From positions 21,700,001-21,764,000 of the forward strand of contig OZ024744.1 in assembly GCA_964016885.1 (NCBI GenBank): 64,000 nucleotides of DNA, written 5' to 3'. The translations under genes were made by a program, and so were the position numbers. This DNA is from Eledone cirrhosa (taxonomy: Eukaryota). Below the pieces are notes generated by a model. That model saw only the letters and a program-made list of their open reading frames with translations. It did not search any database and was not told the DNA's origin. Shown here in pieces: positions 14,130 through 27,240 of the stretch. Positions within the stretch are counted from its first letter, which is position 1; each line of letters starts with the position of its first letter.

Positions 14130-17100
14130 CATCTTCAGACAGTTAGAAGAGGTGACAGGCACAACAGCTATGACATCTTCAGACAGTTAGAAGAGGTGAC
14201 AGGCACAACAGCTATGCCATCTTCAGAGAGTTAGAAGAGGTGACAGGCACAACAGCTATGACATCTTTAGAGAGAAGAGGTGACAGCCACAACAGCTATG
14301 ACATCTTCAGACAGTTAGAAGAGGTGACAGCCTCAACAGCTATGACATCTTCAGACAGTTAAAAGAGGTGACAGAAACAACAGTTGTGACATCTTCAGAC
14401 AGTTAGAAGAGGTGACAGCCACAACAGCTATGACATCTTCAGACAGTTAGAAGAGGTGACAGGCACAACAGCTATGACATCTTCAGAGAGAAGAGGTGAC
14501 AGGCACAACAGCTATGACATCTTCAGACAGTTAGAAGAGGTGACAGGCACAACAGCTATGACATCTTCAGACAGTGAGTAGAGGTGACAGCCACAACAGC
14601 TATGACATCTTCAGACAATTAGAAGAGGTGAAAGCCACAACAGCTATGACATCTTCAGACAGAAGAGGTGACAGCCACAACAGCTATGACATCTTCAGAC
14701 TGTTAGAAGAGGTGACCACCACAACAGCTATAACATCTTCAGACAGTTAGAAGAGGTGACAGGCACAACAGCTATGACATCTTCAGACAGTTAGAAGAGG
14801 TGACAGGCACAACAGCTATGACATATTCTGTCAGTTAGAAGAGGTGACAGCCACAACAGCTATGACATCTTCAGACAGTTAAAAGAGGTGACAGGCACAA
14901 CAGCTGTGACATCTTCAGACAGTTAGAAGAGGTGACAGCCACAACAGCTATGACATCTTCAGACAGTTAGAATAGGTGACAGGCACAACAGCTATGACAT
15001 ATTCAAAGAGAAGAGGTGACAGGCACAACAGCTATGACATCTTCAGACTGTTAGAAGAGGTGGCAGCCACAACAGCTATGACATCTTCAGACAGAAGAGG
15101 TGAGAGCCACAACAGCTATGACATCTTCAGACTGTTAGAAGAGGTGACAGCCACAACAGCTATGACATCTTCAGACAGAAGAGGTGACAGCCACAACAGC
15201 TATGACATCTTCAGAGTGAAGAGGTGACAGGCACAACAGCTATGACATCTTCAGACAGAAGAGGTGACAGACACAACAGCTATAACATCTTCAGACAGTT
15301 AGAAGATGTGACAGGCACAACAGCTATGACATCTTCAGACAGTTAGAAGAGGTGACAGGCACAACAGCTATGACATCTTCAGAGAGTTAGAAGAGGTGAC
15401 AGCCACAACAGCTATGACTTCTTCAGACAGTTAGAAGAGGTGACAGCCACAACAGCTATGACATATTCAGACAAAAGAGGTGACAGGCACAACAGCTATG
15501 CCATCTTCAGAGAGTTAGAAGAGGTGACAGGCACAACAGCTATGACATCTTTAGAGAGAAGAGGTGACAGGCACAACAGCTATGACATCTTCAGACAGTT
15601 AGAAGAGGTGACAGGCACAACAGCTATGACATCTTCAGAGAGAAGAGGTGACAGGCACAACAGCTATTACATCTTCAGACAGTTAGAAGAGGTGACAGGC
15701 ACAACAGCTATGACTTCTTCAGACAGTTAGAAGAGGTGACAGCCACAACAGCTATGACATATTCAGACAAAAGAGGTGACAGGCACAACAGCTATGCCAT
15801 CTTCAGAGAGTTAGAAGAGGTGACAGGCACAACAGCTATGACATCTTCAGACAGAAGAGGTGACAGCCACAACAGCTATGACATCTTCAGACTATTAGAA
15901 GAGGTGAAAGCCACAACAGCTATGACATCTTCAGACAGAAGAGGTGACAGCCACAACAGCCATGACATCTTCAGACAGTTAGAATAGGTGACAGGCACAA
16001 CAGCTATGACATATTCTGTCAGTTAGAAGAGGTGACAGCCACAACAGCTATGACATCTTCAGACAGTTAAAAGAGGTGACAGGCACAACAGCTGTGACAT
16101 CTTCAGACAGTTAGAAGAGGTGACAGCCACAACAGCTATGACATCTTCAGACAGTTAGAAGAGGTGACAGGCACAACAGCTATGACATATTCAGAGAGAA
16201 GAGGTGACAGGCACAACAGCTATGACATCTTCAGACTGTTAGAAGAGGTGGCAGCCACAACAGCTATGACATCTTCAGACAGAAGAGGTGACAGCCACAA
16301 CAGCTATGACATCTTCAGACTGTTAGAAGAGGTGACAGCCACAACAGCTATGACATCTTCAGACAGAAGAGGTGACAACCACAACAGCTATGACATCTTC
16401 AGAGTAAAGAGGTGACAGGCACAACAGCTATGACATCTTCAGACAGAAGAGGTGACAGACACAACAGCTATAACATCTTCAGACAGTTAGAAGAGGTGAC
16501 AGGCACAACAGCTATGACATCTTCAGACAGTTAGAAGAGGTGACAGGCACAACAGCTATGCCATCTTCAGAGAGTTAGAAGAGGTGACAGCCACAACAGC
16601 TATGACATCTTTAGAGAGAAGAGGTGACAGCCACAACAGCTATGACATCTTCAGACAGTTAGAAGAGGTGACAGCCTCAACAGCTATGACATCTTCAGAC
16701 AGTTAAAAGAGGTGACAGAAACAACAGTTGTGACATCTTCAGACAGTTAGAAGAGGTGACAGCCACAACAGCTATGACATCTTCAGACAGTTAGAAGAGG
16801 TGACAGGCACAACAGCTATGACATCTTCAGAGAGAAGAGGTGACAGGCACAACAGCTATGACATCTTCAGACAGTTAGAAGAGGTGACAGGCACAACAGC
16901 TATGACATCTTCAGACAGTGAGTAGAGGTGACAGCCACAACAGCTATGACATCTTCAGACAATTAGAAGAGGTGAAAGCCACAACAGCTATGACATCTTC
17001 AGACAGAAGAGGTGACAGCCACAACAGCTATGACATCTTCAGACTGTTAGAAGAGGTGACCACCACAACAGCTATAACATCTTCAGACAGTTAGAAGAGG

Positions 17101-18830
17101 TGACAGGCACAACAGCTATGACATCTTCAGACAGTTAGAAGAGGTGACAGGCACAACAGCTATGACATATTCTGTCAGTTAGAAGAGGTGACAGCCACAA
17201 CAGCTATGACATCTTCAGACAGTTAAAAGAGGTGACAGGCACAACAGCTGTGACATCTTCAGACAGTTAGAAGAGGTGACAGCCACAACAGCTATGACAT
17301 CTTCAGACAGTTAGAATAGGTGACAGGCACAACAGCTATGACATATTCAAAGAGAAGAGGTGACAGGCACAACAGCTATGACATCTTCAGACTGTTAGAA
17401 GAGGTGGCAGCCACAACAGCTATGACATCTTCAGACAGAAGAGGTGAGAGCCACAACAGCTATGACATCTTCAGACTGTTAGAAGAGGTGACAGCCACAA
17501 CAGCTATGACATCTTCAGACAGAAGAGGTGACAGCCACAACAGCTATGACATCTTCAGAGTGAAGAGGTGACAGGCACAACAGCTATGACATCTTCAGAC
17601 AGAAGAGGTGACAGACACAACAGCTATAACATCTTCAGACAGTTAGAAGAGGTGACAGGCACAACAGCTATGACATCTTCAGAGAGTTAGAAGAGGTGAC
17701 AGCCACAACAGCTATGACTTCTTCAGACAGTTAGAAGAGGTGACAGCCACAACAGCTATGACATATTCAGACAAAAGAGGTGACAGGCACAACAGCTATG
17801 CCATCTTCAGAGAGTTAGAAGAGGTGACAGGCACAACAGCTATGACATCTTTAGAGAGAAGAGGTGACAGCCACAACAGCTATGACATCTTCAGACAGTT
17901 AGAAGAGGTGACAGGCACAACAGCTATGACATCTTCAGAGAGAAGAGGTGACAGGCACAACAGCTATTACATCTTCAGACAGTTAGAAGAGGTGACAGGC
18001 ACAACAGCTATGACTTCTTCAGACAGTTAGAAGAGGTGACAGCCACAACAGCTATGACATATTCAGACAAAAGAGGTGACAGGCACAACAGCTATGCCAT
18101 CTTCAGAGAGTTAGAAGAGGTGACAGGCACAACAGCTATGACATCTTCAGACAGAAGAGGTGACAGCCACAACAGCTATGACATCTTCAGACTATTAGAA
18201 GAGGTGAAAGCCACAACAGCTATGACATCTTCAGACAGAAGAGGTGACAGCCACAACAGCCATGACATCTTCAGACAGTTAGAATAGGTGACAGGCACAA
18301 CAGCTATGACATATTCTGTCAGTTAGAAGAGGTGACAGCCACAACAGCTATGACATCTTCAGACAGTTAAAAGAGGTGACAGGCACAACAGCTGTGACAT
18401 CTTCAGACAGTTAGAAGAGGTGACAGCCACAACAGCTATGACATCTTCAGACAGTTAGAAGAGGTGACAGGCACAACAGCTATGACATATTCAGAGAGAA
18501 GAGGTGACAGGCACAACAGCTATGACATCTTCAGACTGTTAGAAGAGGTGGCAGCCACAACAGCTATGACATCTTCAGACAGAAGAGGTGACAGCCACAA
18601 CAGCTATGACATCTTCAGACTGTTAGAAGAGGTGACAGCCACAACAGCTATGACATCTTCAGACAGAAGAGGTGACAACCACAACAGCTATGACATCTTC
18701 AGAGTAAAGAGGTGACAGGCACAACAGCTATGACATCTTCAGACAGAAGAGGTGACAGACACAACAGCTATAACATCTTCAGACAGTTAGAAGAGGTGAC
18801 AGGCACAACAGCTATGACATCTTCAGACAG
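14130..18830 (+). repeat. Tandem higher-order duplication, period 2344/2300 bp
   Basis: GTGAGTAGAGG at 14574/16918 and GGTGACCACC at 14711/17055 (2344). ORFs 15440/17740, 15736/18036 and 16164/18464 (2300). One 44-mer is missing from the second copy near 17650. Confidence 0.9.
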
Positions 18831-19824
18831 TTAGAAGAGGTGACAGGCACAACAGCTATGACATCTTCAGAGAGTTAGAAGAGGTGACAGCCACAACAGC
18901 TATGACTTCTTCAGACAGTTAGAAGAGGTGACAGCCACAACAGCTATGACATATTCAGACAAAAGAGGTGACATGCACAACAGCTATGCCATCTTCAGAG
19001 AGTTAGAAGAGGTGACAGGCACAACAGCCATGACATCTTTAGAGAGAAGAGGTGACAGCCACAACAGCTATGACATCTTCAGACAGTTAGAAGAGGTGAC
19101 AGCCTCAACAGCTATGACATCTTCAGACAGTTAAAAGAGGTGACAGAAACAACAGTTGTGACATCTTCAGACAGTTAGAAGAGGTGACAGCCACAACAGC
19201 TATGACATCTTCAGACAGTTAGAAGAGGTGACAGGCACAACAGCTATGACATCTTCAGAGAGAAGAGGTGACAGGCACAACAGCTATGACATCTTCAGAC
19301 AGTTAGAAGAGGTGACAGGCACAACAGCTATGACATCTTCAGACAGTGAGTAGAGGAAACAGCCACAACAGCTATGACATCTTCAGACAGAAGAGGTGAC
19401 AGCCACAACCGCTATGACATCTTCAGAGAGAAGAGGTGACAGGCACAACAGCTATGATATTTTCAGACAGAAGAGGTGACAGCCACAACAGCTATGACAT
19501 CTTCAGACAGTTAGAAGAGGTGACAGCCACAACAGCTATGACATTTTTAGACAGTTAGAAGAGGTGACAGGAACAACAGCTATGACATATTCATACAGTT
19601 AGAAGAGGTGACTTGCACAACAGCTATGACGTCTTTAGACAGTTAGAAGAGGTGACAGCCACAACAGCTATGACATCTTCAGACAGAAGAGGGGACAGCT
19701 ACAACAGCTATGACATCTTCAGAGAGAAGAGGTGACAGGCACAACAGCTATGACATCTTCAGACAGTTAGAAGAGGTGACAGCAACAACAGCTATGACAT
19801 CTTCAGACAGAAGAGGTGACAGCC

Positions 19825-22800
19825 ACAACAGCTATGACATCTTCAGACAGTTAGAAGAGGTGACAGGCACAACAGCTATAACATCTTCAGACAGTTAGAA
19901 GAGGTGACAGCAACAACAGCTATGGCATCTTCAGACAGAAGAGGTGACAGCCACAACAGTTATGACATCTTCAGACAGATAGAAGAGGTGACAGGCACAA
20001 CAGCTATGACATCTTTAGACAGTTAGAAGAGGTGACAGGCCCAACAGCTATGACATCTTCAGACAGTGAGAAGAGGTGACAGCCACAACAGCTATGACAT
20101 CTTCAGACTGTTAGAAGAGGTGACAGCAACAACAGCAATGACATCTTCAGACAGTTAGAAGACGTGACAGCCACAACAGCTATGACATCTTTAGACAGTT
20201 AGAAGAGGGGACAGCCACAACAGCTATGACATCTTCAGACAGTTAGAAGAGGTGACAAGCACAACAGCTATGACATCTTCAGACAGTTAGAAGAGGTGAC
20301 AAGCACAACAGCTATGACATCTTCAGACAATTATAAGATGTGACAGCCACAACAGCTATGACATATTCAGACAGAAGAGGTGACAGCTACAACAGCTATG
20401 ACATCTTCAGAGTGAAGAGGTGACAGGCACAACAGCTATGACATCTTCAGACAGAAGAGGTGACATACGCAACAGCTATAACATCTTCAGACAGTTAGAA
20501 GAGGTGACAGGCACAACAGCTATGACATCTTTAGACAGTTAGAAGAGGTGACAACCACAACAGCTATGACATCTTTAGACAGTTAGAAGAGGTGACAGCC
20601 ACAACAGCTATGACATCTTCAGTCAGTTAGAAGAGGTGACAGCCACAACATCTATGACATCTTCATACAGTTAGAAGAGGTGACAGCAACAACAGCTATG
20701 ACATCTACAGACAGTTAGAAGAGGTGACAGCCACAACAGCTATGACATCTTTAGACAGTAAGAAGAGGTGACATCCACAACAGCTATGACATCTTCAGAC
20801 AGTTAGAAGAGGTGACAAGCACAACAGCTATGACATCTTCAGACAGTTAGAAGAGGTGACAAGCACAACAGCTATGACATCTTCAGACAGTTAGAAGAGG
20901 TGACAGCAACAACAACTATGACATCTTCAGACAGAAGAGGTGACAGCAACAACATCTATGACATCTTCAGACAGAAGAGGTGACAGCCACAACAGTTATG
21001 ACATCTTCAGACAGATAGAAGAGGTGACAGGCACAACGGCTATGACGTCTTTAGACAGTTAGCAGAGGTGACAGGAACAACAGCTATGACATCTTCAGAC
21101 AGTTAGAAGAGGTGACAGGCACAACAGCTATGACATCTTCAGAGAGTTAGAAGAGGTGACAGCAACAACAGCTATGACATCTTCAGACAGTTAGAAGAGG
21201 TGACAGGCACAACAGCTATGACGTCTTTAGACAGTTAGAAGAGGTGACAGCCACAACAGCTATGACATCTTCAGAGAGAAGAGGTGACAGGCACAACAGC
21301 TATGACATCTTCAGACAGTTAGAAGAGGTGACAGCAACAACAGCTATGACATCTTCAGACAGAAGAGGTGAAAGCCACAACAGCTATGACATCTTCAGAC
21401 AGTTAGAAGAGGTGACAGCCACAACAGCTATGACGTCTTTAGACAGTTAGAAGAGGTGACAGGAACAACAGCTATGACATCTTCAGACAGTTAGAAGAGG
21501 TGACAGGCACAACAGCTATGACATCTTCAGACAGTGAGAAGATGTGACAGCCACAACAGCTATGACATCTTCAGACTGTTAGAAGAGGTGACAGCCACAA
21601 CAGCTATGACATATTCAGACAGAAGAGGTGACAGCCACAACAGCTATCACATCTTCAGATAGAAGAGGTGACAGGCACAACAGCTATGACATCTTCAAAC
21701 AGTTAGAAGAGGTGACAGCCACAACAGCTATGACATATTCAGACAAAAGAGGTGACAGGCACAACAGCGATGCCATCTTCAGAGAGTTAGAAGAGGTGAC
21801 AGGCACAACAGCTATGACATCTTCAGACAGAATAGGTGACAGACACAACAGCTATAACATCTTCAGACAGTTAGAAGAGGTGACAGGCACAACAGCTATG
21901 ACATCTTTAGACAGTTAGAAGAGGTGACAGCCACAACAGCTATGACATCTTCCGACAGTTAGAAGAGGTGACAGCAACAACAGCTATGACATCTTGAAAC
22001 AGAAGAGGTGACAGCCACAACAGCTATGACATCTTCAGACAGTTAGAAAAGGTGACAGCAACAACAGCTATGACATCTTCAGACAGAAGAGGTGACAGCC
22101 ACAACAGCTATGACATCTTCTGACAGTTAGAAGAGGTGACAGCAACAACAGCTATCACATCTTCAGACTGTTAGAAGAGGTGACAGGCACAACAGCTATG
22201 ACATCTTTAGACAGTTAGAAGAGGTGACAGCCACAACAGCTATGACATATTCAGACAAAAGAGGTGACAGGCACAACAGCGATGCCATCTTCAGAGAGTT
22301 AGAAGAGGTGACAGGCACAACAGCTATGACATCTTCAGACAGAAGAGGTGAAAGACACAACAGCTATAACGTATTCAGACAGTTAGAAGAGGTGACAGGC
22401 ACAACAGCTATGACATCTTTAGACAGTTAGAAGAGGTGACAGCCACAACAGCTATGACATCTTCAGACAGTTAGAAGAGGTGACAGGCACAACAGCTATG
22501 ACATCTTTAGACAGTTAGAAGAGGTGACAGCCACAACAGCTATGACATCTTCCGACAGTTAGAAGAGGTGACAGCAACAACAGCTATGACATCTTCAGAC
22601 AGAAGAGGTGACAGCCACAACAGCTATGACATCTTCAGACAGTTAGAAAAGGTGACAGCAACAACAGCTATGACATCTTCAGACAGAAGAGGTGACAGCC
22701 ACAACAGCTATGACATCTTCAGACAGTTAGAAGAGGTGACAGCAACAACAGCTATCACATCTTCAGACTGTTAGAAGAGGTGACAGGCACAACAGCTATG

Positions 22801-25800
22801 ACATCTTTAGACAGTTAGAAGAGGTGACAGCCACAACAGCTATGACATATTCAGACAAAAGAGGTGACAGGCACAACAGCGATGCCATCTTCAGAGAGTT
22901 AGAAGAGGTGACAGGCACAACAGCTATGACATCTTCAGACAGAAGAGGTGAAAGACACAACAGCTATAACATATTCAGACAGTTAGAAGAGGTGACAGGC
23001 ACAACAGCTATGACATCTTTAGACAGTTAGAAGAGGTGACAGCCACAACAGCTATGACATCTTCAGACAGTTAGAAGAGGTGACAGGCACAACAGCTATG
23101 ACATCTTCAGACTGTTAGAAGAGGTGACAGGAACAACAACTATGACATCTTCAGACAGTTAGAAGAGGTGACAGGCACAACAGCTATGACATCTTCAGAC
23201 AGTTAGAAGAGGTGACAGCAACAACAGCTATGACATCTTCAGACAGTTAGAAAAGGTGACAGCAACAACAGCTATGACATCTTGAGACAGAAGAGGTGAC
23301 AGCCACAACAGCTATGACATCTTCAGACAGTTAGAAGAGGTGACAGCAACAACAGCTATGACATCTTCAGACTGTTAGAAGAGGTGACAGGCACAACAGC
23401 TATGACATATTTAGACAGTTAGAAGAGGTGACAGCCACAACAGCTATGACATCTTCAGACGGTTAGAAGAGGTGACAGGCACAACAGCTATGACATCTTC
23501 AGAGTGAAGAGGTGACAGGCACAACAGCTATGACATCTTCAGACAGTTAGAAGAGGTGACAGGCACAACAGCTATAACATCTTCAGACAGTTAGAAGAGG
23601 TGACAGCAACAACAGCTATGGCATCTTCAGACAGAAGAGGTGACAGCCACAACAGTTATGACATCTTCAGACAGATAGAAGAGGTGACAGGCACAACAGC
23701 TATGACATCTTTAGACAGTTAGAAGAGGTGACAGGCCCAACAGCTATGACATCTTCAGACAGTGAGAAGAGGTGACAGCCACAACAGCTATGACATCTTC
23801 AGACTGTTAGAAGAGGTGACAGCAACAACAGCAATGACATCTTCAGACAGTTAGAAGACGTGACAGCCACAACAGCTATGACATCTTTAGACAGTTAGAA
23901 GAGGGGACAGCCACAACAGCTATGACATCTTCAGACAGTTAGAAGAGGTGACAAGCACAACAGCTATGACATCTTCAGACAGTTAGAAGAGGTGACAAGC
24001 ACAACAGCTATGACATCTTCAGACAATTATAAGATGTGACAGCCACAACAGCTATGACATATTCAGACAGAAGAGGTGACAGCTACAACAGCTATGACAT
24101 CTTCAGAGTGAAGAGGTGACAGGCACAACAGCTATGACATCTTCAGACAGAAGAGGTGACATACGCAACAGCTATAACATCTTCAGACAGTTAGAAGAGG
24201 TGACAGGCACAACAGCTATGACATCTTTAGACAGTTAGAAGAGGTGACAACCACAACAGCTATGACATCTTTAGACAGTTAGAAGAGGTGACAGCCACAA
24301 CAGCTATGACATCTTCAGTCAGTTAGAAGAGGTGACAGCCACAACATCTATGACATCTTCATACAGTTAGAAGAGGTGACAGCAACAACAGCTATGACAT
24401 CTACAGACAGTTAGAAGAGGTGACAGCCACAACAGCTATGACATCTTTAGACAGTAAGAAGAGGTGACATCCACAACAGCTATGACATCTTCAGACAGTT
24501 AGAAGAGGTGACAAGCACAACAGCTATGACATCTTCAGACAGTTAGAAGAGGTGACAAGCACAACAGCTATGACATCTTCAGACAGTTAGAAGAGGTGAC
24601 AGCAACAACAACTATGACATCTTCAGACAGAAGAGGTGACAGCAACAACATCTATGACATCTTCAGACAGAAGAGGTGACAGCCACAACAGTTATGACAT
24701 CTTCAGACAGATAGAAGAGGTGACAGGCACAACGGCTATGACGTCTTTAGACAGTTAGCAGAGGTGACAGGAACAACAGCTATGACATCTTCAGACAGTT
24801 AGAAGAGGTGACAGGCACAACAGCTATGACATCTTCAGAGAGTTAGAAGAGGTGACAGCAACAACAGCTATGACATCTTCAGACAGTTAGAAGAGGTGAC
24901 AGGCACAACAGCTATGACGTCTTTAGACAGTTAGAAGAGGTGACAGCCACAACAGCTATGACATCTTCAGAGAGAAGAGGTGACAGGCACAACAGCTATG
25001 ACATCTTCAGACAGTTAGAAGAGGTGACAGCAACAACAGCTATGACATCTTCAGACAGAAGAGGTGAAAGCCACAACAGCTATGACATCTTCAGACAGTT
25101 AGAAGAGGTGACAGCCACAACAGCTATGACGTCTTTAGACAGTTAGAAGAGGTGACAGGAACAACAGCTATGACATCTTCAGACAGTTAGAAGAGGTGAC
25201 AGGCACAACAGCTATGACATCTTCAGACAGTGAGAAGATGTGACAGCCACAACAGCTATGACATCTTCAGACTGTTAGAAGAGGTGACAGCCACAACAGC
25301 TATGACATATTCAGACAGAAGAGGTGACAGCCACAACAGCTATCACATCTTCAGATAGAAGAGGTGACAGGCACAACAGCTATGACATCTTCAAACAGTT
25401 AGAAGAGGTGACAGCCACAACAGCTATGACATATTCAGACAAAAGAGGTGACAGGCACAACAGCGATGCCATCTTCAGAGAGTTAGAAGAGGTGACAGGC
25501 ACAACAGCTATGACATCTTCAGACAGAATAGGTGACAGACACAACAGCTATAACATCTTCAGACAGTTAGAAGAGGTGACAGGCACAACAGCTATGACAT
25601 CTTTAGACAGTTAGAAGAGGTGACAGCCACAACAGCTATGACATCTTCCGACAGTTAGAAGAGGTGACAGCAACAACAGCTATGACATCTTGAAACAGAA
25701 GAGGTGACAGCCACAACAGCTATGACATCTTCAGACAGTTAGAAAAGGTGACAGCAACAACAGCTATGACATCTTCAGACAGAAGAGGTGACAGCCACAA

Positions 25801-27240
25801 CAGCTATGACATCTTCTGACAGTTAGAAGAGGTGACAGCAACAACAGCTATCACATCTTCAGACTGTTAGAAGAGGTGACAGGCACAACAGCTATGACAT
25901 CTTTAGACAGTTAGAAGAGGTGACAGCCACAACAGCTATGACATATTCAGACAAAAGAGGTGACAGGCACAACAGCGATGCCATCTTCAGAGAGTTAGAA
26001 GAGGTGACAGGCACAACAGCTATGACATCTTCAGACAGAAGAGGTGAAAGACACAACAGCTATAACGTATTCAGACAGTTAGAAGAGGTGACAGGCACAA
26101 CAGCTATGACATCTTTAGACAGTTAGAAGAGGTGACAGCCACAACAGCTATGACATCTTCAGACAGTTAGAAGAGGTGACAGGCACAACAGCTATGACAT
26201 CTTTAGACAGTTAGAAGAGGTGACAGCCACAACAGCTATGACATCTTCCGACAGTTAGAAGAGGTGACAGCAACAACAGCTATGACATCTTCAGACAGAA
26301 GAGGTGACAGCCACAACAGCTATGACATCTTCAGACAGTTAGAAAAGGTGACAGCAACAACAGCTATGACATCTTCAGACAGAAGAGGTGACAGCCACAA
26401 CAGCTATGACATCTTCAGACAGTTAGAAGAGGTGACAGCAACAACAGCTATCACATCTTCAGACTGTTAGAAGAGGTGACAGGCACAACAGCTATGACAT
26501 CTTTAGACAGTTAGAAGAGGTGACAGCCACAACAGCTATGACATATTCAGACAAAAGAGGTGACAGGCACAACAGCGATGCCATCTTCAGAGAGTTAGAA
26601 GAGGTGACAGGCACAACAGCTATGACATCTTCAGACAGAAGAGGTGAAAGACACAACAGCTATAACATATTCAGACAGTTAGAAGAGGTGACAGGCACAA
26701 CAGCTATGACATCTTTAGACAGTTAGAAGAGGTGACAGCCACAACAGCTATGACATCTTCAGACAGTTAGAAGAGGTGACAGGCACAACAGCTATGACAT
26801 CTTCAGACATTTAGAAGAGGTGACAGGAACAACAACTATGACATCTTCAGACAGTTAGAAGAGGTGACAGGCACAACAGCTATGACATCTTCAGACAGTT
26901 AGAAGAGGTGACAGCAACAACAGCTATGACATCTTCAGACAGTTAGAAAAGGTGACAGCAACAACAGCTATGACATCTTGAGACAGAAGAGGTGACAGCC
27001 ACAACAGCTATGACATCTTCAGACAGTTAGAAGAGGTGACAGCAACAACAGCTATGACATCTTCAGACTGTTAGAAGAGGTGACAGGCACAACAGCTATG
27101 ACATATTTAGACAGTTAGAAGAGGTGACAGCCACAACAGCTATGACATCTTCAGACGGTTAGAAGAGGTGACAGGCACAACAGCTATGACATCTTCAGAG
27201 TGAAGAGGTGACAGGCACAACAGCTATGACATCTTCAGAG
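19825..27240 (+). repeat. Near-perfect tandem duplication, period 3696 bp (two copies)
   Basis: GGCCCAAC at 20038/23734 and GCTATAAC at 19875/23571. Five ORF pairs are offset by exactly 3696 (21244/24940, 21628/25324, 22224/25920, 22568/26264, 22824/26520). Confidence 0.93.
21870..23070 (+). repeat. 600-bp tandem duplication nested in the 3696-bp unit (repeated at ~25566-26766)
   Basis: TCCGACAG at 21951/22551, GCTATCAC at 22151/22751, ORFs 22224/22824. 600 = 10x44 + 4x40. Confidence 0.88.

Larger units (their letters stand above)
1..27240 (+). repeat. Left sub-array (variant set L), rich in alternating 40/44-bp monomers
   Basis: Recurrent markers TATTCTGTCAG (1471, 3869, 7851, 16012), CATACGCAAC (~3034, 5216, 20464, 24160), CAGAGTGAAGAGG, GTGGCAGCC, GACTGTTAG and GACAAGCAC. 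41 of the 48 ORF-track entries lie here. Confidence 0.85.

Noticed and set aside
19825-27240. 3696 = 44 x 84 as a meaningful number
   Set aside because: The unit is a mixture of 44- and 40-mers in irregular order, so the factorisation is coincidental.
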